Positions 25,203 to 37,919 of a stretch of DNA of 64,000 nt are shown here, in pieces. The first letter of the stretch is position 1, and every line of letters starts with the position of its first letter. Made by a program: the position numbers and the translations under genes. Origin of the DNA: Rozella allomycis CSF55 (Eukaryota). The notes below the pieces were generated by a model. It was not told where the DNA came from, made no database searches, and worked only from the letters and a program-made list of their open reading frames with translations. The stretch is taken from the NCBI GenBank assembly GCA_000442015.1, contig KE560959.1, positions 186,001-250,000 of the forward strand. The letters are read 5' to 3'.

Positions 25203-27018
25203 ATGTCTTTGTACAAGTGTCTGGTGGAGTCTTTTGCAAGGAAGAGAGTTTGGGGATTATCCGTATATTTTTTCATAATCTCTATGTCTTTTCCAGTTTT
25301 TAAGATGCTTGGCCTAGTAACCTTAAATGTGATGTCTTTTGGCATACTGCTGTTAAACGGGTTGTTTATGCTATACAACTTAAATTTATGTACCAAATGT
25401 ATGTTATGTCAATCTTTATTTATTAAGATGACAATGGCAATCATTTAAGACTGGCTACATGTATTGGATTTTATGTTATCTCAGGGCTTGTTCTAGACAT
25501 GTTTATTTTCAATGGGTCCGAATCTTTGCTAGTATATCCTGAAGGGTAATCGATTTAGTTTTTTTGAATAGTGGTTTTGGTCCTCCTGAACTCAATGAGA
25601 GGATTGTGTATTTTAGAATATTGATGGGAATTGTAGCAATGAAGGGCGCAGTGGATAACTATAACTATCAACCAAACTTTCGAAAGGTTCAAGTAAATAC
25701 ACAGATAAACATCGATAGATTCCTATTGGCCAAAGTTTAAAAAGATTGATCCTTAGTTCCTGTAATTTAGAAATCTTGCCTTCTATTTCGATTGCAGTCT
25801 ATTTTTATTTAATATATTTTCTAAGCAATGCAATGCCTTATATTATGGGGAAGAAGGTTGCCGAAATTTTCTTCACGTAAACCTTAAGAACATCACTGAC
25901 GTAGACTTTCTGACTATCATCGTAGCACAATAAGATTTTATCACCTTGGATTGATTCTTACTGGATTTAAAATTTCGTTTATTTCTTGTTGTTATTGGAG
26001 AATATTGCGTGGAGTTTTTGACCTTTTAATGTTTCAATATCGTTGTTTAACAGATGCTCATCAGAATGCTGCTCTAGTTGATGGGCTCTTGGAATGTGAT
26101 CAAAATGTCAAAGTAATTTTTTTTCAATTGCAATACAGAATTTTTGCTCACGAGAAATTTTGATGATCAGTAAATGGGATGAAGATCGCCGCAAAGCATT
26201 TTTCACCGATATTGATGATCTACCCAGACTTTACCAAAGATTACTCAATAATGTTTTATTGGAAATCAATAATATGACGACTATTCTGAACTCTGAAGTT
26301 TCTCAGATTTACAATCATGCAAAGGTCCCTATGAAAAAAATATCAGTCAGTTCAAAAATCAATGGCACCGTTTTAGTTAAGAGCGAAAGCTTTATTGATC
26401 AGCTTATAGGATTGGTATTCGGGCATGAAATACTTGATGAGACCGTTTCAAAGGAAGAATACTCAGCTCCGATGCCTTCTCTCACATCAATTCCATCAAT
26501 TTTTGTTTCCAAAGTTAATTCTTCTAGAAAAAAAGAAGATACGACTTTTGTAAAATCGTCAGTCCCTCGTGTCCCCTTGTTTCATGACACGCAATTGGCG
26601 AAGCAAATGAATGTACGGGCTAGTTGGAATCGCGTGTTTTCTCATAAGGATTGCGCTTTAAATCTTGTTGAAGCGATATCCTTACTAACATTACATTCAG
26701 TAAAGGAAGATCCGTATGGATTAGTACATTCGTCGGTTCCTAATATCCTATGCGCATTTTTAGATTTCCAGCAAGCCATGGAAACGTATCATAAGCGTGT
26801 TATTCTCCATTATTTAAACGTGAGGTCTTTTGGTTATCAAGTATTGGTTTTGCCCATTTATGAAACCCTTGATGGTAAATTCTCTTTTTCTGACCTTATT
26901 AGTAATCAACCAATGCTCTTACCGGATTGTAACAGCATTTTATGAGCATATGGACAAATACAATGTCGAAGATCATTATAGAGCTCGAATTCAAGCTTTG
27001 CTGGACTTTGAAAAATAA
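25203..27018 (+). CDS. NDC1: Nucleoporin NDC1
   Basis: N-terminal TM segments, DRRKAFF, and LHSVKEDPYGLVHSSVPNIL (NDC1 C-terminal motif). Confidence 0.75.
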
Positions 27019-27110
27019 ACGTAATTTTTAACAAGTTAATTTTTTAAGGCAGTAAACATATCTTTTCTCGAACCGAGCTGTCCACGACTGAGCCACCAGC
27101 ATATTTCGTG

Positions 27111-27847
27111 ATGAAGTTTGTATCCGATGAGTATGCCTTTAATGCTCCATGGGAAATAGTTACAGCTGCTACTTGGAGGAAATATCCATCAAAGATAACA
27201 CCTCATGTCGTACAATCTGATTATCTGGATCGATATACCGATCCCAAAGATCATATTTTTATGTCCGAACGTATTTTGACCTGCCAAAGTAGTGTACCGT
27301 TTTTTCTTAGAGCTGTAACATATTTATTTTGTCAGTAAAGTTTGTACCGAGTGAGTTTGCTTATGTAAGGGAAGTGTCAAAGGTAGATCCTTTGAATAAG
27401 CTTCACGTGGTTACATCAACGAATTTAAGTATGTCTAATATTCTAGCCTTTGAAGAAAAGTGCACTTACATACCTCATCCCTCCGATAGAAACAAGTACT
27501 TCACGTCATAGTTGTACATCAGTTAGAACCAAAATGATTCAAGAATACAGATTTCAATTTACAGGTCTCAGCATACTTGGAACTAAACTGGAAGAATTTA
27601 TTGTCAATAGATTTAGAATGAACGCGTTTAAGGTAAAAACCAACAATATTTATGATAGGGGCGGGCTGCCCTTGAGCAGGTTTTAGACAAGCTGAAAGTC
27701 GAAGCCATAGAAGTTGCCGATAGAATAAAAGGCGAGGCGTCCATTGTTGCTGACAGGATAATTGATGAAGCTTCTGTTTTCGCTGATAGAATCAAAGACG
27801 AGGTTGGCGAAATCAAATCAATACAACGAAATCTATCAAATAAATAG
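27111..27847 (+). CDS. PRELI/Ups (MSF1) mitochondrial lipid-transfer protein
   Basis: WEIVTAATWRKYP, SERIL, EVSKVDP, TNLS; C-terminal 11-aa repeats. Confidence 0.9.
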
Positions 27848-27868
27848 TTTTATTGATATTTCCAAAAC

Positions 27869-29095
27869 TTAGTTATCCATCAGTCTACTTTTTCGACGAG
27901 AGTCGCTTATTTTGTGGAGCGGGGTTGGTGGATTGCCAGATTTGTTTATTTTCATTTCATTCTCAATTTTCTCAAGTGATTTTCTTAACTCCACTAACGT
28001 ACAGACGTTTGATCGTAGCTCTTCAAAAATCTCGCAAACCTTTTTGGTAGGCACTTTAGGTTTCAGTGGGATTCCGTAATCCGTCAATGTTTTTTCAACC
28101 TGGCGAATTAAAGTGGATTTTATCGGCAGCAATCGTTGCCCTCGAAGATACAAGCCCGCCATACGTTCTTTCCTATATCCATCAACTAAATCTACATTAA
28201 GGTTATCTATAGACTTTTTTTTCTATATTTTTTTTAATTTTATCATACTTTCAAGTCTGAGCCAGTGCCATTTAATGGACGATGCAGCATTGTAATGGGT
28301 GAAACTAAATTACCGAATTGATCTACAGTTCCACAAAGAAGTTTTAAAAGGAGTTCCCTTTCCTCTTCTAATTGACTTTTCATCTGTTTCACTTTTTTTG
28401 ATTCAATTATTAAGAATTCTTCGTACTAAATGGGTAAACACATCCAAATTTACTTCAAGTTGCTCTTGAGACCTATACTGAAGTGTTTCTAGCTGCCTTT
28501 TTCTTTCTATCTCCTTATTTTTATTGAAATCAAATTGCTTATTTAGATTAGAGTCGGAAGAGAATTGGCGTATCCTGGTCATTTTCTTTTGAATGGAAAT
28601 ATAGCGATCTTTTAAGTCCTAATGAGAATAAATTATCCGAACAGTACTTCTATTGGCCTTTTAATGCCTTCAAAGTCATATCGGTCATGAATAACAAACC
28701 AACGAAGATCAAATCTTTCACATAAATCCATAAAATATAAAGTCTCGTCTTTGCTCCACTCTGCATCTAAATACCTTTATGTCGTCTTTCTTACCGGCTA
28801 AGTAAGTCATGTATTCATTATCTGTAAAGTGCAACGACAGTGGTTCTGCTTGAAACTGATCCGACCAGTCATCTAATTAAACGAAGAGTAATAAATTACT
28901 TGATCTTTGTTCATCATTTTTTACCCATTTTATGAACTGCAAGTCTCGTCTACCACTGGGCACATACGCCTTTTGCTTCCTGATAATAGCACTTCCACAG
29001 AATTACCAAGATGGTTTAATTTTAACGTCTTCGACATTTTGATTGCACCCATTTGTTTTTAAAGGTGCCAGTGTTGTGCACTCTATCTTACGCAT
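27869..29095 (-). CDS. SWC4: SWC4/DMAP1 (NuA4/SWR1 subunit)
   Basis: WSKDETLYFMDLCERFDLRWFVIHDRYDF, EDLKDRY, GLYLR, PTKKVCEIFEELR. Confidence 0.9.
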
Positions 29096-29146
29096 AACCT
29101 TTGTTCAGATTTTCACAAAAGTAGAAAATTGAAATGTTTAAAAGTT

Positions 29147-29154
29147 TTGTTTAC
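29147..29154 (-). promoter_or_regulatory. Forkhead-type motif GTAAACAA about 30 bp upstream of the IFT88 ATG
   Basis: TTGTTTAC on the + strand. Confidence 0.4.
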
Positions 29155-29182
29155 AAATCACAAGAAATAAAAACTGAACCAA

Positions 29183-31771
29183 ATGTTCAAATCTAAACCA
29201 CCCATTCAAACCAAGACCAAAGGATCTTCAAGTCTGGATTCAGATTTATTTAATGGTTTCGATGATATTAGGCCTGTAAAAGGAGATATTGAAATTAATC
29301 TTAGAATACAGCCTATTTTGATTATTCTCAGGAAAATATTGCGACTGCAGGCCAAAAATTTAGAAATCCTGTGAAGAGCAGTTATTTATTGGCGTCAAGT
29401 TATAGTCGCGCAGGCTCGGTTACACGCAAGGCGGATTATAGGCCAGTTACATCAAGAAAAGGTGCTGGATTTACAAGCAAAGGGCGTCCAAAAACCTCAA
29501 TAAAGACAAATCAATTCGATCCCTTAAATCAGGGTAAAAAGTACTATTCAATTAGCATATAGCTTTTGCAGATGCCGAAATAACTACTGAAGATAAATTC
29601 CGGCAGTTAGAAATCAATATAAGTGTTTTAATTAATCAAAGTGTACTGAAGCATGAGAACGGTGATGGTTTGGGTGCTTTGGCTAAAGCAAAAGATGCTG
29701 CTAAGAAAGACCTTTTGCTGAGTAAACAGAGAACTCAAGAAGGTCAACAGGAAATGCAAAATTTAGATCTTTCATTTGTAGCGATTCTTAACTTGGCAAC
29801 TCAATATGAAAACTGCAAAATGTTTCAAGAGGCTTTAAATTCATATTCTATCCTCGTTAAAAACAAGATTTTTAACCAAGCTGGACGTTTTCGAGTGAAT
29901 ATGGGAAACATTTACTTTGTACAAAAGAAGTTTAACCAAGCAATTAAAATGTACAGAATGGCATTGGATCAAATACCGACATCATTCAAGGAAATACGGT
30001 ATCATTACAAATGATCACATTACGCAGAATGAAGATTTTAAAAAATATTGGGCTAGCGTTTGTTGAAGTTGGAAAGTATCATGATGCCATAACATCATTT
30101 GAAAATGTTTTAGACACCAGCGGGGACTATCAAGCTGGTAACTTTAATGAAAAACAGTAACAAGCTTTCAATCTGATTCTTTGTTATTATGCACTAGGAG
30201 ACAAAGAAAATATGAAAAAATGTTTTCACAGATTTGCATTTATCCAACCAATAAATCAGATAGATCAGTACACCGACTTGGAAGCTTCCCACGAGTCTGA
30301 AGAATTTAACGACTCTCTTTCAGGAAATAAAATTGATTCTTTGCGGAAATTGTACATAGAAAGGTAATTGAATTATTAACTTTTAAAAGGAAAAAACAAT
30401 TGGAACGTTACGTTGTTTTGACGGCCAAATTAATTTCTAATGTCATCGAGGAAAATTTTGAAACAGGCTACGATTGGATTATAGATGTCATACGCAGTAG
30501 CCCATTAATAGAATTTGCAGGCGAGTTAGATATTTCGAAAGCTATGCAGTATCTAAAATGTGAAGAATACGATAAAGTACATGAGAAAGAACATATTTAT
30601 TTAGGCTATTGAATGCTTAAAAAATTACGAAAAAAGAGACCAAAAACTCATTTCCACTGCTGCGACTAACATTTCATTCTTGTATTTTTTGGAGTCCGAG
30701 TACAAACTTGCCCAGAAATATGCGCAGACAGCTTTGGACAATGATAAATATAATGCAAAGGCTCTTAACAACGTCGCTAATTGTTTCCTCATTAAAGGTA
30801 TGGCAATTCTTAATTCAGTAATAGGAAACTATGACGAAGCCTTGGATCTATATTCTGAGGCACAGTCGGTGGACGCCACATGCGCTGAATGCATCTTCAA
30901 CACAGGTAATATAAACATATGCCTTTCTCAGGTCTCACGTATAAACGAATGCAAAATTATGACGAGGCTTGCTTCTATTTTGAAAAATTACATTCAATGG
31001 CGAAAAACAATGCAGATGTGCTATGTCAATTAGCGGATTGGTAAAATAAATATTTCTATTATTGTACAGTCACGAGAAATGCGGTAACATTGAACAATCT
31101 ATCGAATACTTGAATATGCTCACGTCAATTGTTCCAACTGATCCCAAAGTGTTAGAAAGGCTTGGATATCTTCATAATCAGATTACAGACAGGTCCCAAG
31201 CTCTTCATTACTATTCAGAATCTTTCCGTTTCTTCCCTTCTTCTTTGGATGTCATAAATTGGTTAGGTACTTACCACATAGAATCGGAAATTTATGAGCA
31301 AGCGCTTTCTTATTACCAAAAGGCGGCAATTTTACAACCTTACGAAATTAAATGGCAACTAATTATATGTAGCTGCTACAGAAGAAGCGGAAATCCAAAG
31401 GCGGCTTTGGAAGGGTATAAAGCAATTCATGACAGGTTTCCATATAACGCTGATTGTAAAAATTGAATAATTTTTATAAAGGCCTAAAATTCTTAATGAA
31501 AATGTGCGAAGACATGGGACTGCATTCAGAGGTAGCGGAATATTCATTAAAACTGGACAAACTTAGCTTAAAACAAGAATATCCAACCCGTTCAATAAGT
31601 AAAACAAGCTCAGGCTCCAGTAAAATTGATTCTTTCCCGTCATCCGCGAATGGGCGACGTTCAGCTTCTCGTAATTCAAATAAGAGTATCGAGAAAGACG
31701 TGACAAAACGCTCAATAGCGGTAAAGGATCAGCTAGAAAATGAAGACATAAATAACATTTTGCCTGAATAG
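29183..31771 (+). CDS. IFT88: Intraflagellar transport protein 88 (TPR)
   Basis: AGRFRVNMGNIYF, AIKMYRMALDQIP, KWQLIICSCYRRSGN; about 10 short introns. Confidence 0.95.
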
Positions 31772-31873
31772 ACTAATAAAATACGCTTTCACATATGATC
31801 TTTCATATTAAATCTTTTTAAGAAGGACTCTTAGTTTTCTTTGAATTATATAAAATATTGTTATCTAGTAGAT

Positions 31874-33483
31874 ATGAATTATGATACAAATTCACTTTCT
31901 AATACAACTGCGATTTGTCGTTTACCAATAATAGATTGGTTACCAAGTAACATGAAAGAATCAAAAAGCAAGGTAAAGCTTTCATGAAATGTACAAAGCG
32001 AATTTCTAGAAATAATATTGTAGAAAGCCTAATTGGAAACGATTTCGAAATTCTTATCTTAATATGTCAAACGCCAATCATAGGCGAAGATGCGAATACT
32101 TTTGCAAAACTAATATTCAAATTTTTACACGGCATCAGCGAAGATACTTTTTTTGAGTTTATTCAGAAAATAGTGAGAGAGAGAATCAAGACATATAGTA
32201 ACTTTTATTGTTAGTTGAAAAATTAGTTCAAGGAAATAAAAGAATTCAGGAACTATTGCGAGACAACAGGTTGGTCTATGTAATATGTCTTTAATTTAGT
32301 ATAGCAAATGTCTTACTAAGTTCCTATCTTAGGGAAACGCAACAAAACTTTCTACGTCAGATTTTGGGAAGCATATTTGATGTATACAAATTCCAAGAGG
32401 AGTTAATTGAAGTAGAGCCTTTAAATATTGATAATAATGCAATTTCTATCATTGACAGTCAACATCGAGTGGAGGAAATGTGTGATGTTATTCTTACAAA
32501 TTTAATAGACGCCTATCGTGACTCTAATTTCCCTTCAGGCTTGAAAAGGATTTGTGGAATCCTTTGGAGGGAAACAAATGATCCAATGGTTTTGACTACT
32601 ATATCAACACCGACTAGTTCGAAGCCATCTTCCTTTCTTTGTGAATTTTTGGACAATAACACCTTGATGGAATCAACGGAAGGGGATAAAGATTTTCTTG
32701 AAAATTGTGATGATTCAAAAGGCCAAATTATCGCGGAAAAAGTTTTAGGGTCTCTTGTTTTTCTACGATTTTTGATCCCAGGTATAATAAATTACAAGGT
32801 AGATAAAATAGCTATCGTTTCTCCCGAGCAAATCAGTTTCGTTACACACAGTTTGGAGAAAAAATATAGAAGGGGCCTTGTGTTGGTGGGGAAAGTATTG
32901 ATGAATCTGTCGAACCAAGTATTTTTCGGAAAGAAAGAATCATGCATGATGATATTTAATTCATATTTACAAAATAAACACTTGCTACTAAAGGGATTCT
33001 TATCGGAAATTGGAGGCGCTGATTTTATCCAAACTAAACCTCTTCAGTCATATTCTTCTATGCCAATATTATCTCAAAAACAAGAAAAATTTTCGATAGG
33101 AAATAGAAAAGGTATTCTTCTTAAATCTCTTTCAGGTTCTAACATGGATATACACGGCTTCAGGAAATCAAACTTAGATGGCCCAGAAGTAGATAAACAT
33201 GCGATGGATGAGTTATTTACATTTATGGCCGATCATTCTGAGAAAATTTTAACGGATTGTCGAACAATCCTTGCGAATTCATATGGAAAAACCTATACAT
33301 CTGTATTTAATTATTTTTTTTATTATCAACAAGAATATTTCAACAAAACTAGAAAACACATTTAAGGAATTAAAGTCAGAGTCATGGGATGCACATGTCA
33401 ACTGGTTCACTAAAATTAAGGAAGTGGTTGAAGAGAAAAGGAGAAGTTTAGAAATAGCAGTTGTCCCTAATTTGCGTAATTAA
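31874..33483 (+). CDS. RasGAP-domain protein
   Basis: Arginine finger LLRDNS (across an intron), FLRFLIPGI and RRGLVLVGKVLMNLSN. Confidence 0.8.
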
Positions 33484-33636
33484 TAAAACACATCATTTTT
33501 AATAGAAAATTCTAGGCTCCAATCTACACAGAAACCAGGGTAAATGAAGAGTGCAATTGAAACGCGGAATTTTGTCCTAAAACAAAAATGGAATAATAAA
33601 TATAAAATTTTTATGAAAATTACATAACCGATCCAT

Positions 33637-34605
33637 ATGTCAGTAGTAGCGTTTTGTCCACTTGATGTTCACGGCTTGAATCCATTTCTGGATATAATTT
33701 TGAAGTATGATGATCCAACCATAGTTTGTATACTGGAGAAATATGTCTACACCATTGGCGAAGTACAAAACTTCTTAAGCCAAATATATTTGGCCCTAGA
33801 AGAAAAACGCGTTGATGTTATCTTTTATCCGTATTGTGGATACAAATTATCGGAAATCAAAACAAGAACGATCCTTGTAACCGATGGTATTCATTACACT
33901 TAACATTTATAGATTACACTCAGGCGCTTGCCACTCAAATAAACTATGAAAAGCTAAAAAACAAACAAGAAACCTTGGAGGTCATTGTAGAAGAGGGCAG
34001 GATTAGATTTGAATGGGCTAGCAAAGTTATTTTTGATGCCTTTAGATTCATGCGGTATAATGGTTCTGTTCTTGGCGGTACATTCGATCATTTGCACAAC
34101 GGACATAAACTGCTATTGTCCATTAGTGCACTATTGTCGAATAACATTGTATTGTGCGGGGTAACAGGTACTGTGTATCGACAAAATTAACAATAGACGG
34201 GGAAATGTTGCAAAATAAAGAATACGGTCAATTCCTTGAACCAATAGACACTAGAATTAACAATGTCCATGAATTTTTGCTTAAGTTTAATTGTAAAAGA
34301 AAATATATAGTAAATAACTGATATTGGCATTTTAGTTAAAGCCTATTTATGATGCATTTGGGCCTTCTATTGTTGATCAAGAGGTTGAATGTATCGTAGT
34401 TTCAGAAGAGACAAAACAAGGTGGTGACATGGGTATATATGAAGATGATTTATAGATAGTCAATTTCAAAAGATTAGAAAGGGGATTGAAAAGACTTGAT
34501 GTGTATGTGGTACCATTAGTTTTGCATGTGAATGGAGAAAAGGCATTACGATCCGAAAAGATTAGTTCTACTTTTATAAGAAAAAGGCTATTCCTGAAAA
34601 AATAA
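33637..34605 (+). CDS. CAB4: Phosphopantetheine adenylyltransferase
   Basis: LGGTFDHLHNGHKLLL, DAFGPS, VVSEET, KISSTFIR. Confidence 0.9.
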
Positions 34606-34645
34606 AGAGTTTAAAATCAGCTACTTATTTTATCCTTTAAAATCA

Positions 34646-36390
34646 TTATTTATTCTTGTCTCCTTTATACTTGTGGTTACCAAACGTATTTTTAGGCCCA
34701 CTTCGTTTATTTTTTGTTTGAGCGTCAGGAGTTGGACGATAATTGTTCAATTCTGTATCCACGAGATATCCTTGACCCGTGTTAAACTGCGATGTAAAGT
34801 TTGGATCTTGTAAAAAATAGCCATAATCCTGGTAAGGCATTTGAAATCCGTATGGATAGCTTGGGAGATTGTAGTAAATTTGAGGTTGTTCAATTTCATT
34901 TTGTAGCAAGTAGTGATGGGTTTTGGTAGAAAAATGAGGCCAGATAGGCGATACATTTTGGATAGGCTCTTTGGAGCCCCTTTCGTAGAACTTAATTATA
35001 ATCCTTTTGCTTAATTTCCCTTCAAATGAAGATTTTTTTGAAATTCTCTCTTTGACAAATGTTTTCTTTGGAAAATTACAAAATAAGAGTTACCATATCT
35101 TTTAGGTGATATCTATTGTGATGATGATGATGATGTACATTCCTGGTCTTGTTTGTAGTAGAGCCAGTTGGGATGAATATATCAGCGTCCATATTTGGCT
35201 TAAATTCAGCAGCGTCAAAGTTATACTTGGGCTTCGTATCTTTAGCAGCCTCTGACTTTGAGGGACTTTGAATTTTGTTTTTTGAAAAAAATTCGTTTAT
35301 TTTTGCCTGGGAAGCTTTTAAATCTGATTCTATATTTTTTCTACTAGTCAATTCTGCATGACGTTGTAATGCGAACTCTTTTTCCGCTTTAGCGAATTCT
35401 TGAAAATCTTTTTGAATTTTTTCTGTAATTTCTTCAGTGGAAATTTCAGCTCTTTCAAAATTTGTATTTCTACTGATAATTTGCCGGATTGTAGATTTAG
35501 ATTCAGAGGAAATCTTCTTCCTCATGGAAGGCAATGATTCTCTAACAACAGCGCCATACCTACTTACAAGATAAAGATAAAGTTACAATGCCTCTTCGTC
35601 CATTACAGTTTCAGAGACAAGGTCCCCTCTTTCTTCCGCTAAATGAACATTTGAAGTGGATTTCTTTTATTATTCTATAGAAATATTACATTCAAAATTT
35701 CATTGGCTATTTTTTGTGCTTCTTTCTCTCTCTTTTTAAAGTTCTCATCATTCTTATCTAGCACAGTGGTATAGATCTCTTCATTGAAATTAGATTTCAC
35801 ACCAAACAGTTTTTCATTAACCTTGAATTGATCCCAGCTCTCATTCTTATTTTCTTTGCTTAGTTCACTGTTGAGACTCAAACTATATATTTACACAAAT
35901 TCTTTGTCATCTGATTCATCTGGAATCCAAGGAGTCAATTCTCTTTCCCTGATATTACCACTAGCACCAGAAATATCGGTGTCTGTGACAAATCCTTTTA
36001 ATCAAAACATTAAACCTAACCTGGTTTGTCTTTTGGCTTTTCAGCAAATGTTGTGTCTACCTTGCTCGCTGTTATGGAGATTATATCGTTATAGGAAAGA
36101 ACAATCTCATCGTGAAAAACGTGATCTTTCTCTAAACTTTGAGCCATAAACAAAGTAATAATTGGAGAGTTTGCTTCTCCAGCAGAATGAAATATTCCTT
36201 CAAAAATACCTCCATCCCTCATACTTACTCTTACAAGTAATCCCTTATAGTTGATGCAGATATCACTTACAACAAGACATTCAAAAACAAAAGATATACG
36301 CAAACTCATTTCTTCGTTTAAACTTTCATTTTTCCTTCTTATTTACAAAATACAAACATACTCCCTTTTAACCTGCTTTCTGTTGAACAT
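34646..36390 (-). CDS. PBP1: Ataxin-2/Pbp1
   Basis: LSm (GIFEGIF), FVTDTDIS, LsmAD (WDQFKVNEKLFGVKSNFNEEIYTT, HLAEERG), PAM2-like FDAAEFKP. Confidence 0.92.
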
Positions 36391-36537
36391 GATTTAATGC
36401 AAAGCCACTTTTGGCAAAAGAACCTTGCTAGTAGCTTATATACATCAAAAATTTTACATTTTTAGATTTTTGTTAAAATATTAGACTCAAAAGATAGTAA
36501 TTTCGGCGCCAATTATTTGAATTTTCATATTTTTCTA

Positions 36538-37839
36538 ATGTCTAAATCGTCCATTGAATTAAGGTCTAGTACAGTATGCTATTTTGTCCCTATTTATATT
36601 TTATAGTCATCTTTAGCGTCATTCATGACAAACAGAAGGTCCTCGCGAAAAATTGATTCTTTATACTCGGAATCTAGAAATTACAGCTGTTTGATACAAG
36701 ATTATGAACTACTTCACCCAATTGGTACTTTATCTTATTTGAATTGTTCTAGGAGTAGATGAAATGGCATATATTTATGCTTGCAAGTTTTTGCCAACAA
36801 AGCAGAATGTAGCAATAAGATATACTGATTTAAGTGCACTGCCAGATTATGAAGTTATCGAAGAAGCCAATGTAATATGCTCTCAACGCCATGTATAGGA
36901 TCATATCCAAAATTCAAAGATGTTCAGGCATTCGAATCTACTTCCATTTTATACTTCGTTCGTAGAAAATGAGAGGCTCTGGACCATTGTTTATCCTATG
37001 GAAGGAGGTAAATAGCAATGATCGTAATATTAGGTTCCTTCAAAAAAATTATGGATGAATATTTCACAGAGGGTTTTTCAGAAAGTATAGTTTCCACAGT
37101 CATCAAGGAAGTGCTAAAGGCTTTGGTCTACCTCCATGAAAATAAGTTAATCCATGGGAACGTTAGAGCCAACAATATACTCTTAAGTAATGAGGGGGAA
37201 GTGAAAATAAGTGGACTGAATTCAAGCAAGCGATTAAACGAATTTGGTACCGTTTTCTCTTTCATTGGCCTCCCGGAGTGGATGGCCCCTGAAGTAATCG
37301 GGCAGGTATTTAGTTCTCTTTTTGGGAATCAGAATAAACCTTTTGATACAAAGGTTGATATATACAGTCTTGGTATAACAACCATAGAGCTACTTTATGG
37401 AAAAACACCATTTGATGAATGGCCTCCTCTTAAAGTATGAGAAATAGTCCTTGTTGATTGATTATGTATTACAAACTAACTCCACATTATTCACGTCAAA
37501 TTATTCCTCAAGATAGTACAATGTCCAAAAGCTGTCAACAATTTTTGCAATTGTGTTGTCATCCATTTGCAAATAATAGGTAATGTATAAGGTGGTTTAT
37601 AGTAATAGACCGCCTGCAAGAAAATTGATAGAGCATTCTTTAATTAAGAAAGCGAAATCAGCGTCTTATTTAGTGTCACATATTATTAAAAAAATGAGAA
37701 AAAGCAAGACTGGTAAATAATATACTTGAAAAATCATTTAGATAATTGTGACGACAATTCCTCGGTGTTTACGAAGCAAGACTCTGTAGGTTCAAGCCGT
37801 GCCCAAACCCCATCAATCGAAATTAGTGAAGCTATATAA
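36538..37839 (+). CDS. STRAD-like STE20 pseudokinase
   Basis: VAIR replaces VAIK, HGN replaces HRD, SGL replaces DFG; SKMFRHSNLLPFYTSFVENERLW; WMAPEV and DIYSLGIT retained. Confidence 0.75.
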
Positions 37840-37919
37840 AGAATAAATTGATATTGATTTTATTTTTAGCCAAATTCAGATCGGACCAAGCCTCCGACAC
37901 TTTCTGTTGCTTTTGCAAA

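Noticed and set aside
24890-25396. Long antisense ORFs (also 58156-58677, 22763-23113, 59776-60123 and others)
   Set aside because: They are shadows of genes on the opposite strand and show no recognisable motifs.
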